64,000 nt of DNA from an uncultured Actinomycetota bacterium. Lineage in GTDB: Bacteria; Actinomycetota; Actinomycetes; Mycobacteriales; CADCTP01. The notes below the pieces were generated by a model. It was not told the origin of the DNA and did no database searches. It saw nothing but the letters and a program-made list of their open reading frames with translations. This document shows positions 46,945 through 57,824 of the stretch, one piece after another; the first letter of the stretch is position 1, and each line of letters starts with the position of its first letter. The position numbers and the translations under genes are program-made. The DNA lies in contig CAWATS010000007.1 of the NCBI GenBank assembly GCA_963785005.1, positions 1,059,791 through 1,123,790 on the forward strand, read 5' to 3'.

Positions 46945-47589
46945 GTGCGGGTGGCGATCGCCGAGGACAGCCTCCTGCTTCGCGACGGGCTGATCCGGCT
47001 GCTGGCGAGCGCCGGGATGGAGGTCTCCGCGGAGTGCGCTACGGCGGAGGAGCTGCTGCGGCAGGTGGGCAGCGACCCGCCGGACGTCGTGATCGTCGAC
47101 ATCAGGCTGCCGCCGACCCACACGGACGAGGGCATGCGGGCTGCCGTCGCCATCAGGGAGCGGCACCCGGGCGTGGGCGTGCTGGTGCTGTCGCAGTACC
47201 TGGAGCTGGGACTGGCCACCCGGCTGCTCGGCGAGTCCGCCGACGGCGCCGGCTACCTGCTCAAGGACCGGGTCAGCGACATCGACGAGTTCCTGGCCGC
47301 CGTGCGCCGCGTGGCCACCGGCGGCTCAGCCGTCGACCCGCAGATCGTCTCAGCCCTGCTGCGCCGGCAACGGCGCGACGACCCGCTGCAGCGCCTCACC
47401 CGCCGCGAGCGCGAGGTGCTCGAGCTGATGGCCGCCGGCAGCTCCAACCAGGGGATAGCGGATGCGTTGGTGATCACGGTGCGGGCGGTGGAGAAGTACG
47501 TCTCCAGCATCTTCGACAAGCTCGGCCTGCCGGCAACGTCCCGCGACTCGCGGCGAGTGCTGGCCGTCCTGCACGTGCTCCGCTCCTAG
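46945..47589 (+). CDS. LuxR/NarL family response regulator
   Basis: Receiver domain 'VVIVDIRLPP' and LuxR HTH 'LTRREREVLELMAAGSSNQGIADALVITVRAVEKYVSSIF'. Confidence 0.92.
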   Translation: MRVAIAEDSLLLRDGLIRLLASAGMEVSAECATAEELLRQVGSDPPDVVIVDIRLPPTHTDEGMRAAVAIRERHPGVGVLVLSQYLELGLATRLLGESADGAGYLLKDRVSDIDEFLAAVRRVATGGSAVDPQIVSALLRRQRRDDPLQRLTRREREVLELMAAGSSNQGIADALVITVRAVEKYVSSIFDKLGLPATSRDSRRVLAVLHVLRS

Positions 47590-47652
47590 ATCTCGTTTTC
47601 GTCGGTGGTCGGTGGCACGCTTGCGCCGCTGTCGACGACGAGAGGCGGGGCG

Positions 47653-48435
47653 ATGGGCGAGCGGACCGGATACGAGCAAGGGGTGCCGTCCTGGTTGGAC
47701 CTGGGCACCAGCGACCCGGAGGGGGCACGGGCGTTCTATGGCGGGCTGTTCGGGTGGGAGTTCGACATCAGTCCCGACCCGGAGTTCGGCGGCTACGCGC
47801 AGGCGACGCTTCGGGGCAAGCGGGTCGCCGGCCTGGGCGGCCGGATGGACGAGTCCACGCCGGTGGTCTGGACGACCTATTTCGCCGTCGACGACGCGGA
47901 CAAGGTCGCCGAGGCGGTCGCCGAGCACGGCGGCACCGTCGTGGTGGCGCCGATGGCGGTCGGCGAGCACGGTCGGATGGCGATCGGCATCGACCCGACC
48001 GGCGCCGCCTTCGGGCTGTGGGAGGGTGGCAGCCACCGCGGAGCGCAGCTGGTCAACGAGCCCGGCACCGCGACCTGGAACGATCTGGCGACCTCGGACC
48101 TCGACGCGGCGACGCGGTTCTACTCGAACGCGCTCGGCGTGGACTGGGCCGACATGGAGCCGGGCATGCCCGGCATGACGTACAAGGTGCTGAAGGCGGG
48201 CGGGCGCAACGTCGCCGGAGCGATGCCGGCGGCCCAGCAGCCCGGGGACGCCCCGTCACACTGGAACGTCTACTTCGCGGTCGACGACGCGGCGGCGGCG
48301 GCCGACCGGGTCCGCGAGCTCGGCGGTCAGGTGTACGGCGACGTGATGCCGACACCGCAGGGCCCGATGGCCCTGGTCAGCGACCCGCAGGGGGCGATGT
48401 TCTTCGTGATCGCGATGGACGAGCCGGGACCCTGA
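47653..48435 (+). CDS. Two-module VOC family protein
   Basis: Duplicated 'A..FY...FGWEF / ...ALGVDW' VOC modules. Confidence 0.85.
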   Translation: MGERTGYEQGVPSWLDLGTSDPEGARAFYGGLFGWEFDISPDPEFGGYAQATLRGKRVAGLGGRMDESTPVVWTTYFAVDDADKVAEAVAEHGGTVVVAPMAVGEHGRMAIGIDPTGAAFGLWEGGSHRGAQLVNEPGTATWNDLATSDLDAATRFYSNALGVDWADMEPGMPGMTYKVLKAGGRNVAGAMPAAQQPGDAPSHWNVYFAVDDAAAAADRVRELGGQVYGDVMPTPQGPMALVSDPQGAMFFVIAMDEPGP

Positions 48436-48464
48436 GGCCGGCCGGGCCGGCGGGCGAGCAGCCC

Positions 48465-48725
48465 TCAGTCGGGGCCGGGCCGGCCCCACTCCTGGGCGAG
48501 CCGGGAGATCCGGCCGGCCAGCTCGCCCGCCGCCGCACCCGGGTCGGCCGCGCGGCCGACCGCCAGCCCGACCAGGTAGGCGGTCAGCGGCGCCGCCGGC
48601 CGGGCGACGCCGTGCGCGACGTCCCGGGCGAGGTCGAGCACCAGGTCCCGGGTGCCGCCGGTCACCGCGTCCGCCACGCCCAGCTCGGCGACGACCGCCG
48701 CGGTCCAGTCCTCCAGCGTGCTCAT
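48465..48725 (-). CDS. Small DUF6457-like protein associated with mobA
   Basis: 'LEDWTAAVVAELGV...LVLDLARDVAHGVARPAAPLTAYLVGLAVG'. Start overlaps the mobA stop. Confidence 0.55.
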   Translation of the reverse strand: MSTLEDWTAAVVAELGVADAVTGGTRDLVLDLARDVAHGVARPAAPLTAYLVGLAVGRAADPGAAAGELAGRISRLAQEWGRPGPD

Positions 48726-49336
48726 CGCACCCATCCCCGGGCTCGGCTCAGATCCTCGTCGGTGTCGCAGTCGAACCACGGCGGCGGCCCGTCCCGGGTC
48801 ACCACCCGGCGCAGCACCTCGCCCGGCGCCGCCGCGACCACGGCCCGCAGCGACACCCCAGCCGGCCCGCCGACCCGGGCCAGCGCCGCCCGCAACGCGT
48901 CCGTCCGCCAGAGGGCGCACAGCGGCTGGTCCCGCCCGCCGCCGTCCACCAGCAGGGCGACGGCGCCGCCGGCCGCCGCCAGCGCGGACCGCAGCTCGAG
49001 CACGGTCGCGGCATCGAGAAAGGGCAGGTCCGCCGCGAGCGTCGCCACCGCCGGCGCCCGCACCGCCAGCAGCCCGGCGGCGAGCGCCGCCACCGGCCCG
49101 CCGCCCGGTGGCTCCTCCCGGGTGACCAGGTCGACGGCCGCGCCCGGCACGGCCGGGCCGACCACCACCGTCCGGTCCGCGTCCCGGACCGCGTCCAGCA
49201 CCCGGGCGCCCAGCGTCCGCTCCCCCACCTGCAGGCCGGGCTTGTCCACCCCACCGAGCCGGCTGGCCCGCCCGCCGGTCAGCACGACCGCGTCGTACGG
49301 TCCGGGCCGGGCCGCCGGCAGACCCGGCCCGCTCAC
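48722..49336 (-). CDS. mobA: Molybdenum cofactor guanylyltransferase
   Basis: 'VVLTGGRASRLGGVDK' signature. GTGA overlap with fdhD. Confidence 0.8.
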   Translation of the reverse strand: MSGPGLPAARPGPYDAVVLTGGRASRLGGVDKPGLQVGERTLGARVLDAVRDADRTVVVGPAVPGAAVDLVTREEPPGGGPVAALAAGLLAVRAPAVATLAADLPFLDAATVLELRSALAAAGGAVALLVDGGGRDQPLCALWRTDALRAALARVGGPAGVSLRAVVAAAPGEVLRRVVTRDGPPPWFDCDTDEDLSRARGWVR

Positions 49337-50205
49337 CCGGCCACCGCGGGCACCCCCGGGAGCACGAGCCGCTCCCGCCCCGCGTAGACGTTGCACCGCC
49401 GGCCCCGCAGGAAGCCGACCAGCGTGACCCCGAAGTCCGCCGCCACCGCGACGGCCAGCGAGGACGGCGCCGACACCGACGCGACCACCGGGATGCCCGC
49501 CGCGACCGCCTTCTGCACGATCTCGTAGCCGGTGCGCCCGCTGACCACCAGCACCGCGCCGGCCAGCGGCAGCCCGCCGCCGAGCAGCGCCCAGCCGACC
49601 AGCTTGTCCACCGCGTTGTGCCGGCCGACGTCCTCGCGGGCCGCGAGCAGCTCGCCGTCCGGGGTGAACAGGCCGGCCGCGTGCAGCCCGCCGGTGGTGG
49701 CGAAGACCCCCTGCGCCGCCCGCAGCGCGTCCGGCAGCCCGTACAGCGTCTCCACCCGGACGGTGGGCCCGGGCGCGACCGGCGCCAGCCCTCGCTCGCG
49801 CAGCGCGTCCAGCGACGCCGACCCGCAGACCCCGCAGGCGCTCGACACCAGCCCGGTCCGCACCGGCTCCGGCGGAGCGGCCGCGTCCACCTCGACGGTC
49901 ACCACGTTGTAGAGCTGGTCCGGCTTGTCGACGTCCGCGCAGTACGAGACCTGGCGCAGGGCGCCCGGCTCGACCAGGCCCTCCGCGTGCAGGAAGCCGG
50001 CGGCCAGCTCGAAGTCGGCGCCGGGCGTCCGCATCGTGGTCGAGACGACGCGGGACTCACCGCCGGCCGAGACGCGGATCTCCAGCGGCTCCTCGGTCAC
50101 CAGCGAGTCCCGCCGGCGCACCTCGGTGCTGCCCTGCAGCGTCCACACCCGCGCCCGGGTGGACGGTCCGGGCCGGTCCGCACTCACAGCCGTCGATTCT
50201 TCCAC
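49333..50205 (-). CDS. fdhD: Formate dehydrogenase accessory sulfurtransferase
   Basis: 'SSACGVCGSAS', 'GGLHAAGLF' and 'EDVGRHNAVDK'. Start is approximate (GTG 50205). Confidence 0.88.
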   Translation of the reverse strand: MEESTAVSADRPGPSTRARVWTLQGSTEVRRRDSLVTEEPLEIRVSAGGESRVVSTTMRTPGADFELAAGFLHAEGLVEPGALRQVSYCADVDKPDQLYNVVTVEVDAAAPPEPVRTGLVSSACGVCGSASLDALRERGLAPVAPGPTVRVETLYGLPDALRAAQGVFATTGGLHAAGLFTPDGELLAAREDVGRHNAVDKLVGWALLGGGLPLAGAVLVVSGRTGYEIVQKAVAAGIPVVASVSAPSSLAVAVAADFGVTLVGFLRGRRCNVYAGRERLVLPGVPAVAG

Positions 50206-50232
50206 CTCGGCGACCGGACTACGCTCGGCCGC

Positions 50233-50592
50233 ATGATCAACGCCGCGCATGCCCTCATCTACAGCACGGATGCGGAGGCCGACCGGGCGTTCCTGCGGGA
50301 CGTGCTCGGCTGGCCGTGGGTGGACGACGGCGACGGCTGGCTGATCTTCGCCCTGCCGCCGGCGGAGGTTGGCATCCACCCGGTGCTGGGGGAGGACAAG
50401 CCGCATCACGAGCTCTACCTGATGTGCGACGACGTGCACGCCACGGTGCGGGAGCTGTCCGCCCAGGGAGTGCGGTTCGCCGGCGAGGTGGTCGACGCCG
50501 GCTTCGGGCTGATGGTCGAGCTGCGGCTGCCCAGCGGCGCGACGATCGGCCTGTACGAGCCGCGGCACCCGCTCGCCCCGCAGCCGCGCTGA
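50233..50592 (+). CDS. VOC family protein
   Basis: Single VOC module: 'ALIYSTDAEADRAFLRDVLGW'. Confidence 0.8.
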   Translation: MINAAHALIYSTDAEADRAFLRDVLGWPWVDDGDGWLIFALPPAEVGIHPVLGEDKPHHELYLMCDDVHATVRELSAQGVRFAGEVVDAGFGLMVELRLPSGATIGLYEPRHPLAPQPR

Positions 50593-50700
50593 CTCCCCGC
50601 GCTCGCGCTGTCGCCCGCTCCTCGGCCGGGCCGGCAGGCGCCAGCGCCGCCCGCCCAGCCCTCCTCGCTCCCCGCTCGCGCGGCGAGCCCTCACGCTCGC

Positions 50701-52542
50701 TCAGTGCCGCACCCGGCGCCGGTCGTCCGGCAGCCGCTCGGTGCGACCGCCGGCGTCCAGCAGCTCGAGCAGCGGGACGGCGACGCGACGGGTGGTGCCG
50801 AGCGCGCGGCGGGCCTCGGACAGCGTGAAGGGCTGGGCGAGCCCGGCGAGCCGCGCGGTCGCGTCCGCATCGGCACCGGGCAGCAGGTAGATCCCGTCCG
50901 CGACCCGCAGCAGCGCCCCGGCTCGGGTCGCGGCGGCCAGCTCGCGGCGACCGAGCCCCAGCTCCGCGAGCCGGCGTGCCTCCGGGGCCGCGTACGGGCT
51001 CTCCGCCAGCTCCTCGCGGATCGTCTCGACGGCAGCGCGCACCGGCTCGGGCAGGGCCGGTCGCACCGCCGAGACGACCCGCCCGTCGCGCACGGTCAGC
51101 GCCGCACCGGCCCCGTCCCCGCCCGGCCGGCCCGGCCCGCCGGCGCCGGGCGATCCAGGGCCGGGGCGGTCGGGGTCGCGGCCGGCACCGCCGAGCAGGG
51201 CCGCGACCAGCCGGACGTCCGGCAGGCCGAGGCGTTGCCGGGCCGTCTCCACCGGCAGGCCGTGCTCCAGCGGGTGAGCCGCGGCGTGCGCGGCCACCTC
51301 CCGGGCCAGCGCCGCCCGCCACCGGTCGGCCTGCCCGGGGTCGACCAGCCAGTCGCCGGCCAGCGGCACCGAGCCGACCCGCACCCCCATCGCGTGCAGC
51401 TGCCCGCTCCGCACCGCCCCGCGCCGGCGCAGCTCTCCCGCCTCGTCCGGATGGTCCTCCACAGTGGACAGCTCCACGGCGCGTACCGCTGCCGCGCCGC
51501 GCCGGCGCAGGGCCGGCGGAGCGACGTCGAGCACGGTGAGCCCGGCCGGCACCGCCCGCCGGCCTGGGTCGCGCAGCAACGCGCGATCGCCGACGTGCAG
51601 CGGCAGTGGGCGGCGCGCGACGACCCGGGCGGTGTCCGTCCCGAGTGGACGGATCCGGACCGGGACGGCGGCGGAGCCGGCATGCAGCACGAGCTCGGCC
51701 GGCAGTTCGGCCGCCGGGGTGCGGCTCAGCCGGACGTCCACTGTGGACGTCACCGTCCAGGAGCCGGGCGTGACCAGCGCGGTGCCCCGGGCGATCTCGT
51801 CCACCGCGACACCGCGCAGGTTCGCGGCCACCCGCGCCGTGCCGTACGCCGCCTCGACCGGCCGGCCCAGCGACTGCAGCCCGCGCACACCCACGCGGCG
51901 GCGGCCGTCCGGCACCAGCTCCAGCTCGTCGCCGGTACGCAGCACGCCCGCGCCGAGGGTGCCGGTGACCACGGTTCCGCTGCCGCGCACGGTGAAGACC
52001 CGGTCCACCCACAGCCGCACCGGCGCCGCCGGGTCCGGCGCGGGCAGCGTCGCGACCAGCCGGTCGAGCGCCGCCCGCAGCGCGTCCAGCCCGGCGCCGG
52101 TCGTGCCGCTCACCGCCACCGCCTCGATGTCGCCGAGCGAGGTGGCCGCGATCTCGGCCAGCGCCCGGTCCCGCGCCGGACCGGGGTCCGCCAGGTCGGC
52201 ACGGGTCACCGCGAGCAGCCCGTGCCGCACGCCGAGCGCGTCGATCGCGTCGAGGTGCTCGGCCGACTGCGGCATCCACCCGCCGTCGGCCGCGACGACC
52301 ACCAGCACCGCCGGCACCGGCCCGACCCCGGCCAGCATGGTCGGCACGAAGCGCTCGTGCCCGGGCACGTCGACGAAGGCGACGGTGGCGCCGGACGGCA
52401 GCCCCGTCCAGGCGAAGCCGAGGTCGAGGGTCATCCCGCGCCGGCGTTCCTCCGCCCAGCGGTCCGGCTCCATCCCGGTCAGCGCCCGCACCAGCGTGGA
52501 CTTGCCGTGGTCGACGTGGCCGGCGGTGGCGACGACGTGCAC
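50701..52542 (-). CDS. selB: Selenocysteine-specific translation elongation factor
   Basis: G-domain '[10 protein letters not shown]', 'DVPGHERF' and 'TRAD'. Long C-terminal winged-helix region. Directly downstream of selA. Confidence 0.9.
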   Translation of the reverse strand: MHVVATAGHVDHGKSTLVRALTGMEPDRWAEERRRGMTLDLGFAWTGLPSGATVAFVDVPGHERFVPTMLAGVGPVPAVLVVVAADGGWMPQSAEHLDAIDALGVRHGLLAVTRADLADPGPARDRALAEIAATSLGDIEAVAVSGTTGAGLDALRAALDRLVATLPAPDPAAPVRLWVDRVFTVRGSGTVVTGTLGAGVLRTGDELELVPDGRRRVGVRGLQSLGRPVEAAYGTARVAANLRGVAVDEIARGTALVTPGSWTVTSTVDVRLSRTPAAELPAELVLHAGSAAVPVRIRPLGTDTARVVARRPLPLHVGDRALLRDPGRRAVPAGLTVLDVAPPALRRRGAAAVRAVELSTVEDHPDEAGELRRRGAVRSGQLHAMGVRVGSVPLAGDWLVDPGQADRWRAALAREVAAHAAAHPLEHGLPVETARQRLGLPDVRLVAALLGGAGRDPDRPGPGSPGAGGPGRPGGDGAGAALTVRDGRVVSAVRPALPEPVRAAVETIREELAESPYAAPEARRLAELGLGRRELAAATRAGALLRVADGIYLLPGADADATARLAGLAQPFTLSEARRALGTTRRVAVPLLELLDAGGRTERLPDDRRRVRH

Positions 52543-52546
52543 GCCG

Positions 52547-53842
52547 TCAGTCCCGGCGGACGGCGAGCACCGCGCGCTGGACGGCGCGGTCGTCGGTCTG
52601 GTCCACCGCGCGCAGGTCGAGCAGGCAGCGGCCGCGCTCCACCCGGCCGAGCACCGCGGGGTCGCCGGCCCGCAGCGGCTGCGCGTACGCCACCGGCAGG
52701 CTGACCGCGGCGCTGGGCAGCACCACCCCGGGCGCGCCGCCACCGCCGACCGCGGCCGCACTGTCCACAGTGGTCGCGTCGATGCCGGACGCGCGCAGGG
52801 CGGCGGCGATCCGGCCGGCCCGGGCCCGCAGCTCCTGGACGTCCTCGGTGAGGGCCCGGTCGGTCGGGGTCGTCGGGCCGCGCAGCGTCGCCTCCAGCGC
52901 GGCGAGGGTGAGCTTGTCCACCCGCAACGCCCGGGCGAGCGGGTGCCGGCGGAGCCGCTCGACCAGCTCGGCCCGGCCGAGCAGCAGCCCGGCCTGCGGG
53001 CCGCCGAGCAGCTTGTCCCCGCTGGCGGTGACCAGCGCGGCGCCCGCCCGCAGCGCGGAGGCGGCGTCCGGCTCGTCGGGCAGGGCGGGGTGCGGGGCGA
53101 GCAGCCCGGAGCCGGTGTCGACCACGACGGGTGCCGGGAGGGCGGCCAGCTCCGCGGTCGGCACGGTGGAGGTGAAGCCGGTGACCCGGAAGTTGGACGG
53201 GTGCAGCTTGAGGACGAAGCCGGTGTCCCGGCTCAGCGCGTCGGCGTAGTCCCCGACCGTGACGCGGTTGGTGGTGCCGACCTCACGGAGCCGGGCGCCG
53301 GTCGAGACCAGCAGGTCCGGGATCCGGAAGCCGTCGCCGATCTCGACCATCTCCCCGCGGGCGAGCACGATCTCCCGGCCGGCGGCGAGCGCGGTCGCGG
53401 CGAGCACCAGCGCGGCGGCGCCGTTGTTGACCACGTGCACCGCCTCGGCGTCCGGTACGGCCGCCGCCAGTGCGGCCAGGGCTCCCCGGCCGCGCCGGCC
53501 GCGCTCTCCGGTGGCCAGGTCGAGCTCGACGTCGGTGGTGCCGGCCGCGGCCAGCACGGCGGCCCGGGCCGCGACGGACAGCGGGGCGCGCCCGAGGTTG
53601 GTGTGCAGGACGACGCCGGTCGCGTTGAGCACCGGCCGCAGGGTGGCGGGGCTGGCGGGCAGGCCGGCGAGGACGGCGTCGAGCACGGCGTCCGGCTCCA
53701 GCTCGCCGGCCCGTACCCGGTCCTGAGCGGCGGCGACCGCCTCCTTGACCAGCGCCCGCCCCAGCCGGCCGATCGCCCCGTCCAGGCGCGGGTCGCCGAG
53801 CACCGCGTCCGTGCGCGGCACCCGACGGCGGGGATCCACCAC
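52547..53842 (-). CDS. selA: L-seryl-tRNA(Sec) selenium transferase
   Basis: '[18 protein letters not shown]', 'NNGAAALVL' and '[12 protein letters not shown]' (PLP Lys). Confidence 0.92.
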   Translation of the reverse strand: MVDPRRRVPRTDAVLGDPRLDGAIGRLGRALVKEAVAAAQDRVRAGELEPDAVLDAVLAGLPASPATLRPVLNATGVVLHTNLGRAPLSVAARAAVLAAAGTTDVELDLATGERGRRGRGALAALAAAVPDAEAVHVVNNGAAALVLAATALAAGREIVLARGEMVEIGDGFRIPDLLVSTGARLREVGTTNRVTVGDYADALSRDTGFVLKLHPSNFRVTGFTSTVPTAELAALPAPVVVDTGSGLLAPHPALPDEPDAASALRAGAALVTASGDKLLGGPQAGLLLGRAELVERLRRHPLARALRVDKLTLAALEATLRGPTTPTDRALTEDVQELRARAGRIAAALRASGIDATTVDSAAAVGGGGAPGVVLPSAAVSLPVAYAQPLRAGDPAVLGRVERGRCLLDLRAVDQTDDRAVQRAVLAVRRD

Positions 53843-53886
53843 GCCGCCACCGTACGGCGCCGGCCCGGCCGGCGTGCGCCGGTGCG

Positions 53887-54252
53887 CTACTCGGGCCGGT
53901 GGCAGACCGCCTCGAGGTTGTAGCCGTCCGGATCGCGGACGAAGGCGCCGTAGTACTGCGGGTGGTACTCGGGGCGCAGCCTCGGCCCGGCGCTGTCCGC
54001 CCCGCCGGCGGCGAGCGCGGCCGCGTGGAAGGCACGTACGGCGGCGCGGTCGTCGGCGCGGAGGGCCACGTGCACGTCGTCGGTGGGTGGCGTCCCCGGA
54101 TAGAGCCAGAGGTCGGGCATGCCGTCCCGACCGAGCCCGACGCCGAAGTCGAAGTCCATCAGCACGACGTAGCCGAGCGGGGCCAGGGCCTGCCGGTAGA
54201 AGTCGCGGCTCGCGGCCAGGTCCGCGACCCGCAGGCCGACATGGTCGATCAC
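53887..54252 (-). CDS. VOC family protein
   Basis: '[18 protein letters not shown]...GYNLEAV'. Confidence 0.8.
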   Translation of the reverse strand: MIDHVGLRVADLAASRDFYRQALAPLGYVVLMDFDFGVGLGRDGMPDLWLYPGTPPTDDVHVALRADDRAAVRAFHAAALAAGGADSAGPRLRPEYHPQYYGAFVRDPDGYNLEAVCHRPE

Positions 54253-54361
54253 GCCGACTCCTCTCGCAACGGGTCCCCCGAGTGGGGACTGTCCCGGATC
54301 ATGCCCCTTCGTGTCTTGAGTCACGAATTTGGCAGGGTCGTCCTGTGTCGCAAGCGGGTCT

Positions 54362-55193
54362 CTATCCGGGCGTCCCGTCGCGCTCTCCCTTTTGGGCGAG
54401 CTGCTGTAGTTGCCATTCATACACGCCGGGCAGCCAATCCTTGCCGTACGTGGCCGATGGGCCGATGCGCGGGTCATCGGGGGCATGGCCGTCACGCAGG
54501 GCATGCACGTACGCGCGATCCAGTTCGATCCGTGCGCGCACCTGATCAGCTCCGCCGACGGACCCGTGACCGGGGATGAGGACATCAACGTCGTCCGCCA
54601 CGCCCTCGAGCAGCCGCAGCCCAACGAGGTAGTCCTCGATCGGATCCGCGGCGTCCAGGTCGGGGAACGGGATCAGGATGTCAGAAAGCATGTCGCCGGC
54701 GACGAGAACGCCGCTGCTCCTCGATCAACAGCGCCGCATGGCCCTGGGCATGCGCCGGATGCTCGATAATCCGGACCTTGGGGCCATCCCAAGGAATCTG
54801 CGCGGTTTCGGCAGGCAGACCGGTAATGAGGCCGAACAGATCCAGCGGTATCTCCTCGGCGATTTCCGGCGGCAACCCCTCGGCGACGCGGGCCTTCCAG
54901 TCCGCGTTCGACAGCAGATCTCGCATAAGAGCCGCGCAGCGGGCTGTACCGTAACGGGGCGCTTCGCCGAGCTCGGCGTGCCAGAGCACGTGATCCCAAT
55001 CAGGATGCGTCGAGAAGCCTGCCACAACGGGCTGGCCCAACTCGCGGAGGTCGTTCGCGAGGCAGGCCATTTCGGAGCCTTGTATCCCGGGGTCGATGAG
55101 CAACACGCCGGCCCGGCCTTGCACGACAACGGCGTTGTTCTGAAGTAGCTCGCTCTGGTGGGTCAGCACACCCTCCGCGACCTGCGTCAGCAC
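54362..55193 (-). pseudogene. MBL-fold metallo-hydrolase, frame broken at ~54705-54715
   Basis: 'STHPDWDHVLW' (HxHxDH-like). 'HAQGHAALLIEEQR' then continues in the next frame as 'VLVAGDMLSDILIPFPD...LIPGHG'. GGAAGGAG RBS lies before GTG 55193. G+C is lower than its surroundings. Confidence 0.7.
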
Positions 55194-55265
55194 GGGGCTC
55201 CTTCCGCTTGTGACTTGCAACCGCTGGTCGAGACCGTAATAGCTGGCGGTAGTAGATCGTTCGGC

Positions 55266-56270
55266 CTACCGGCCGAGGTCGGCGGGTGTGGTGTTGGCGC
55301 CGCTGAGCACGACGGCGACGCGCTCGCCCGGCTCGGGTCGGTAGGCGCCGGTGCCGAGGGCGGCGACGCCGACCGCGGCGGCGGGTTCGACGATCAGCCG
55401 CAGCGCCTGCCACAGGGTGTGTCGGGTGCGCCGGATGGACTCGTCGTCGACCAGGACGACGTCGCTGACATAGCGCTGGACGATGGGGAACACCAGGTCG
55501 CCGACGCGTCTGGGGGCCAGTGCGTCCGCCGCGATGCTGCCGGTGGGCGCGTCGGTCGGCTCGCCGCGGGCCCGGGCGTAGCTGAGGGTGGGTGCGCCGT
55601 CAGGCTCGACCCCCACGACGCGGACGGCACCGGCGAAGTAGGCGGCGACTCCCGCGATCAGGCCGCCGCCGCCGACCGGCACCAGCACGGTGTCGAGCTC
55701 GTCGACCTGCTCGGCGAGCTCCAGCCCGAGGCTGCCCTGCCCGAGCAGCGTCTCGCGCTGGTCGAACGCGTGCACGCTCATCGCCCCGGAGCCGGCGGCC
55801 CAGCTCTGCGCGGCGGCCAGGGCATCGGCATAGCGGTCGCCGCCGACGACCAGGTCCGCACCGAGCCGTCGGATGCGCTCGATCTTCGCGGGATCGGACA
55901 CCGTGGGGACGAAGATCTTCGCGGGCACGCCGAGCCGGCGCGCGGCGTAGGCGACTGCCACGCCGTGGTTGCCCCCGGAGGCCGCGTAGACCCCCGCGTC
56001 CGGCACCTCGCGGAGCAGGAGGTTCGCGAAGGCGCCGCGGGCCTTGAACGAACCCGCGCACTGCAGCTGCTCCAGCTTGAGCACCACGCCCGGCGACCCG
56101 ACCCCGGCCTCGGACCCGGTCAGGGCGCCGGGATCCACCCGCACGACCGGGGTGCGCCGCAGGTAGGGCTCGATCACGGGATAGGCGGCGCGGATGTCGG
56201 CGGCGGTGATCAGCCGCGCGGCGTGGTCGGCCTGGGCAGTGCCGGCAGCGCGATCCCTCGACCGGGTCAC
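55266..56270 (-). CDS. PLP-dependent threonine/serine dehydratase-like enzyme
   Basis: 'CAGSFKARGA' (PLP Lys), 'ASGGNHG' and 'VPVGGGGLIAG'. Confidence 0.85.
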   Translation of the reverse strand: MTRSRDRAAGTAQADHAARLITAADIRAAYPVIEPYLRRTPVVRVDPGALTGSEAGVGSPGVVLKLEQLQCAGSFKARGAFANLLLREVPDAGVYAASGGNHGVAVAYAARRLGVPAKIFVPTVSDPAKIERIRRLGADLVVGGDRYADALAAAQSWAAGSGAMSVHAFDQRETLLGQGSLGLELAEQVDELDTVLVPVGGGGLIAGVAAYFAGAVRVVGVEPDGAPTLSYARARGEPTDAPTGSIAADALAPRRVGDLVFPIVQRYVSDVVLVDDESIRRTRHTLWQALRLIVEPAAAVGVAALGTGAYRPEPGERVAVVLSGANTTPADLGR

Positions 56271-56776
56271 CGGCGCCGCGGCCCGTCGCCGGCGGGGGCC
56301 GCCGCGCCGAGTTCGGCGACGGCCTCGACTTCGACGGGCGTGCCCAGCGGGAGCGCGGCGACACCGATCGCGGACCGGGCATGCTTCCCGGCCAGGCCGA
56401 GCACCTCGGCCAGCAGCCGGGAGGCGCCGTCCGCGACCTGCGGCTGCGCGGTGAACCCGGGAGTGCTGGCGACGAAGACCGTGATCTTGACCAGTCGGGC
56501 GACGGTGTCCAGGGAGCCGGCGGCGGCGCGCAGCTGGGCGAGCACGTTGAGCGCGCAGAGCCGGGCGGCCTCCTGTCCGGCGGCGATGTCGACGTCGTCG
56601 CCGAGCCGGCCGGTGGCGACGAGCTGCCCGTCCCGGGTGGCGATCTGCCCGCTCACGTAGACGGTCGTGCCGAAGCGGACGTAGGGCTCGAAGGCGGCGA
56701 CCGCCGGCGATGGGTCCGGGAGTTCCAGCCCCAGGCGGGCGAGCCGCTCATCGACGGTCTCGGGTGCGCTCGACAT
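56267..56776 (-). CDS. RidA/YjgF family protein
   Basis: 'VYVSGQIA...' and 'ARSAIGVAALPLGTPVEVEA'. Stop overlaps the dehydratase start. Confidence 0.85.
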   Translation of the reverse strand: MSSAPETVDERLARLGLELPDPSPAVAAFEPYVRFGTTVYVSGQIATRDGQLVATGRLGDDVDIAAGQEAARLCALNVLAQLRAAAGSLDTVARLVKITVFVASTPGFTAQPQVADGASRLLAEVLGLAGKHARSAIGVAALPLGTPVEVEAVAELGAAAPAGDGPRRR

Positions 56777-56871
56777 CGGACTCCTGTCGGTCGTCGTTGC
56801 GGTCGGGCCCGGCGGTGCCGGCGGCGGCACGTCAGGACCGGACGGTCACGGCCGCGCGACGCACCGGCGGG

Positions 56872-57178
56872 TCACCAGTCGCCGCCCAACATCTGCTTCG
56901 CCTGGGCGATCCGGTCCTCGTCCCGCCGGTAGAAGGTCCACTGCTTGATCCTCCTGCCCCGGACCAGCCCGGCCTGGCTGAGCACCCGCAGGTGCTCACC
57001 GCAGGTCGGCTGGCTCACCCCGAGCTTGTCGCGCGATGAACAGCGCGCAGACCCCGTCCCGGACCAGGTCACCATCCCGCTGCGGCGGGAAGTGCGCCTC
57101 CGGGTCCCGCAGCCAGTCCAGGACCAGCAGGCGGTTGGCGTTGGCCAGCGCCTTGACCAGGCCCACGTCCACCGCCAC
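56872..57178 (-). pseudogene. ArsR family regulator, frame broken at ~57029-57036
   Basis: 'KALANANRLLVLDWL' is in one frame and 'DKLGVSQPTCGEHLRVLSQAGLV...' in the next. The join lies at 'atcgcgcgacaag'. Confidence 0.7.
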
Positions 57179-57242
57179 GGAGACACTATGGCAATTTGCT
57201 AACTAACTGTCCAGACTTGCCGCGTCCCGTCTCCGACACCGG

Positions 57243-57824
57243 TCAGGCCGGTCGGTACGTCGCGATCATGACGCCGGTGGTCGTCGGCACGCTGTCGACG
57301 AGCTGGAAGTCGGCGGGCGGGGCACCGTCCGGGAACAGCCGCCGACCCGAGCCGAGCACCAACGGGTGGATGAGCAGCACGTACTCGTCGACGAGATCGC
57401 GGCGCCGCAGCGACTGGACCAGCTCTCCGCTGCCGAGGACCGCGAGATCCGGGCCCGGCTGCCGCCTGAGCTCGGCCACGGCGGCCGCGGCGTCACCGTC
57501 GAGCAGCGTGGAGTTCTGCCACGGCAGCGGCTCGGTCAGGGTCCGCGACGCGACGTACTTCTGGACGTTGTCCAGCATCTCGCTGAACGGGTTGTCCCTC
57601 CGCTGCGGCCAGACGGAGGCGAAGTCGGAGTACGTGCGGCGCCCCAGCAGCAGGGCACCGGTCCTCGCCATCCCCTCGCCCATCACCCGACCCATGACCG
57701 GGTCGTTGTACGGCAGCGCCCAGCCGCCGCGGTCGAACCCGCCCCGGACGTCCTCGTCGGGACGGCCGGGTGCCTGCATCACACCGTCGAGCGTCAGGCT
57801 GTTGGTCACGACGACTCTGCTCAC
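57243..57824 (-). CDS. Dihydrofolate reductase-like (RibD C-terminal domain) family protein
   Basis: 'SLTLDGVMQAPG...LLLGRRTY...LAVLGSGELVQSL...DEYVLLIHPLVLGSG'. Confidence 0.85.
   Translation of the reverse strand: MSRVVVTNSLTLDGVMQAPGRPDEDVRGGFDRGGWALPYNDPVMGRVMGEGMARTGALLLGRRTYSDFASVWPQRRDNPFSEMLDNVQKYVASRTLTEPLPWQNSTLLDGDAAAAVAELRRQPGPDLAVLGSGELVQSLRRRDLVDEYVLLIHPLVLGSGRRLFPDGAPPADFQLVDSVPTTTGVMIATYRPA

Noticed and set aside
57186-57243. AT-richer spacer with 'GCAATTTGC' mini-palindrome upstream of the broken ArsR gene as an operator
   Set aside because: A 9-nt palindrome is within chance expectation, and the cognate regulator appears inactivated. It is noted only.
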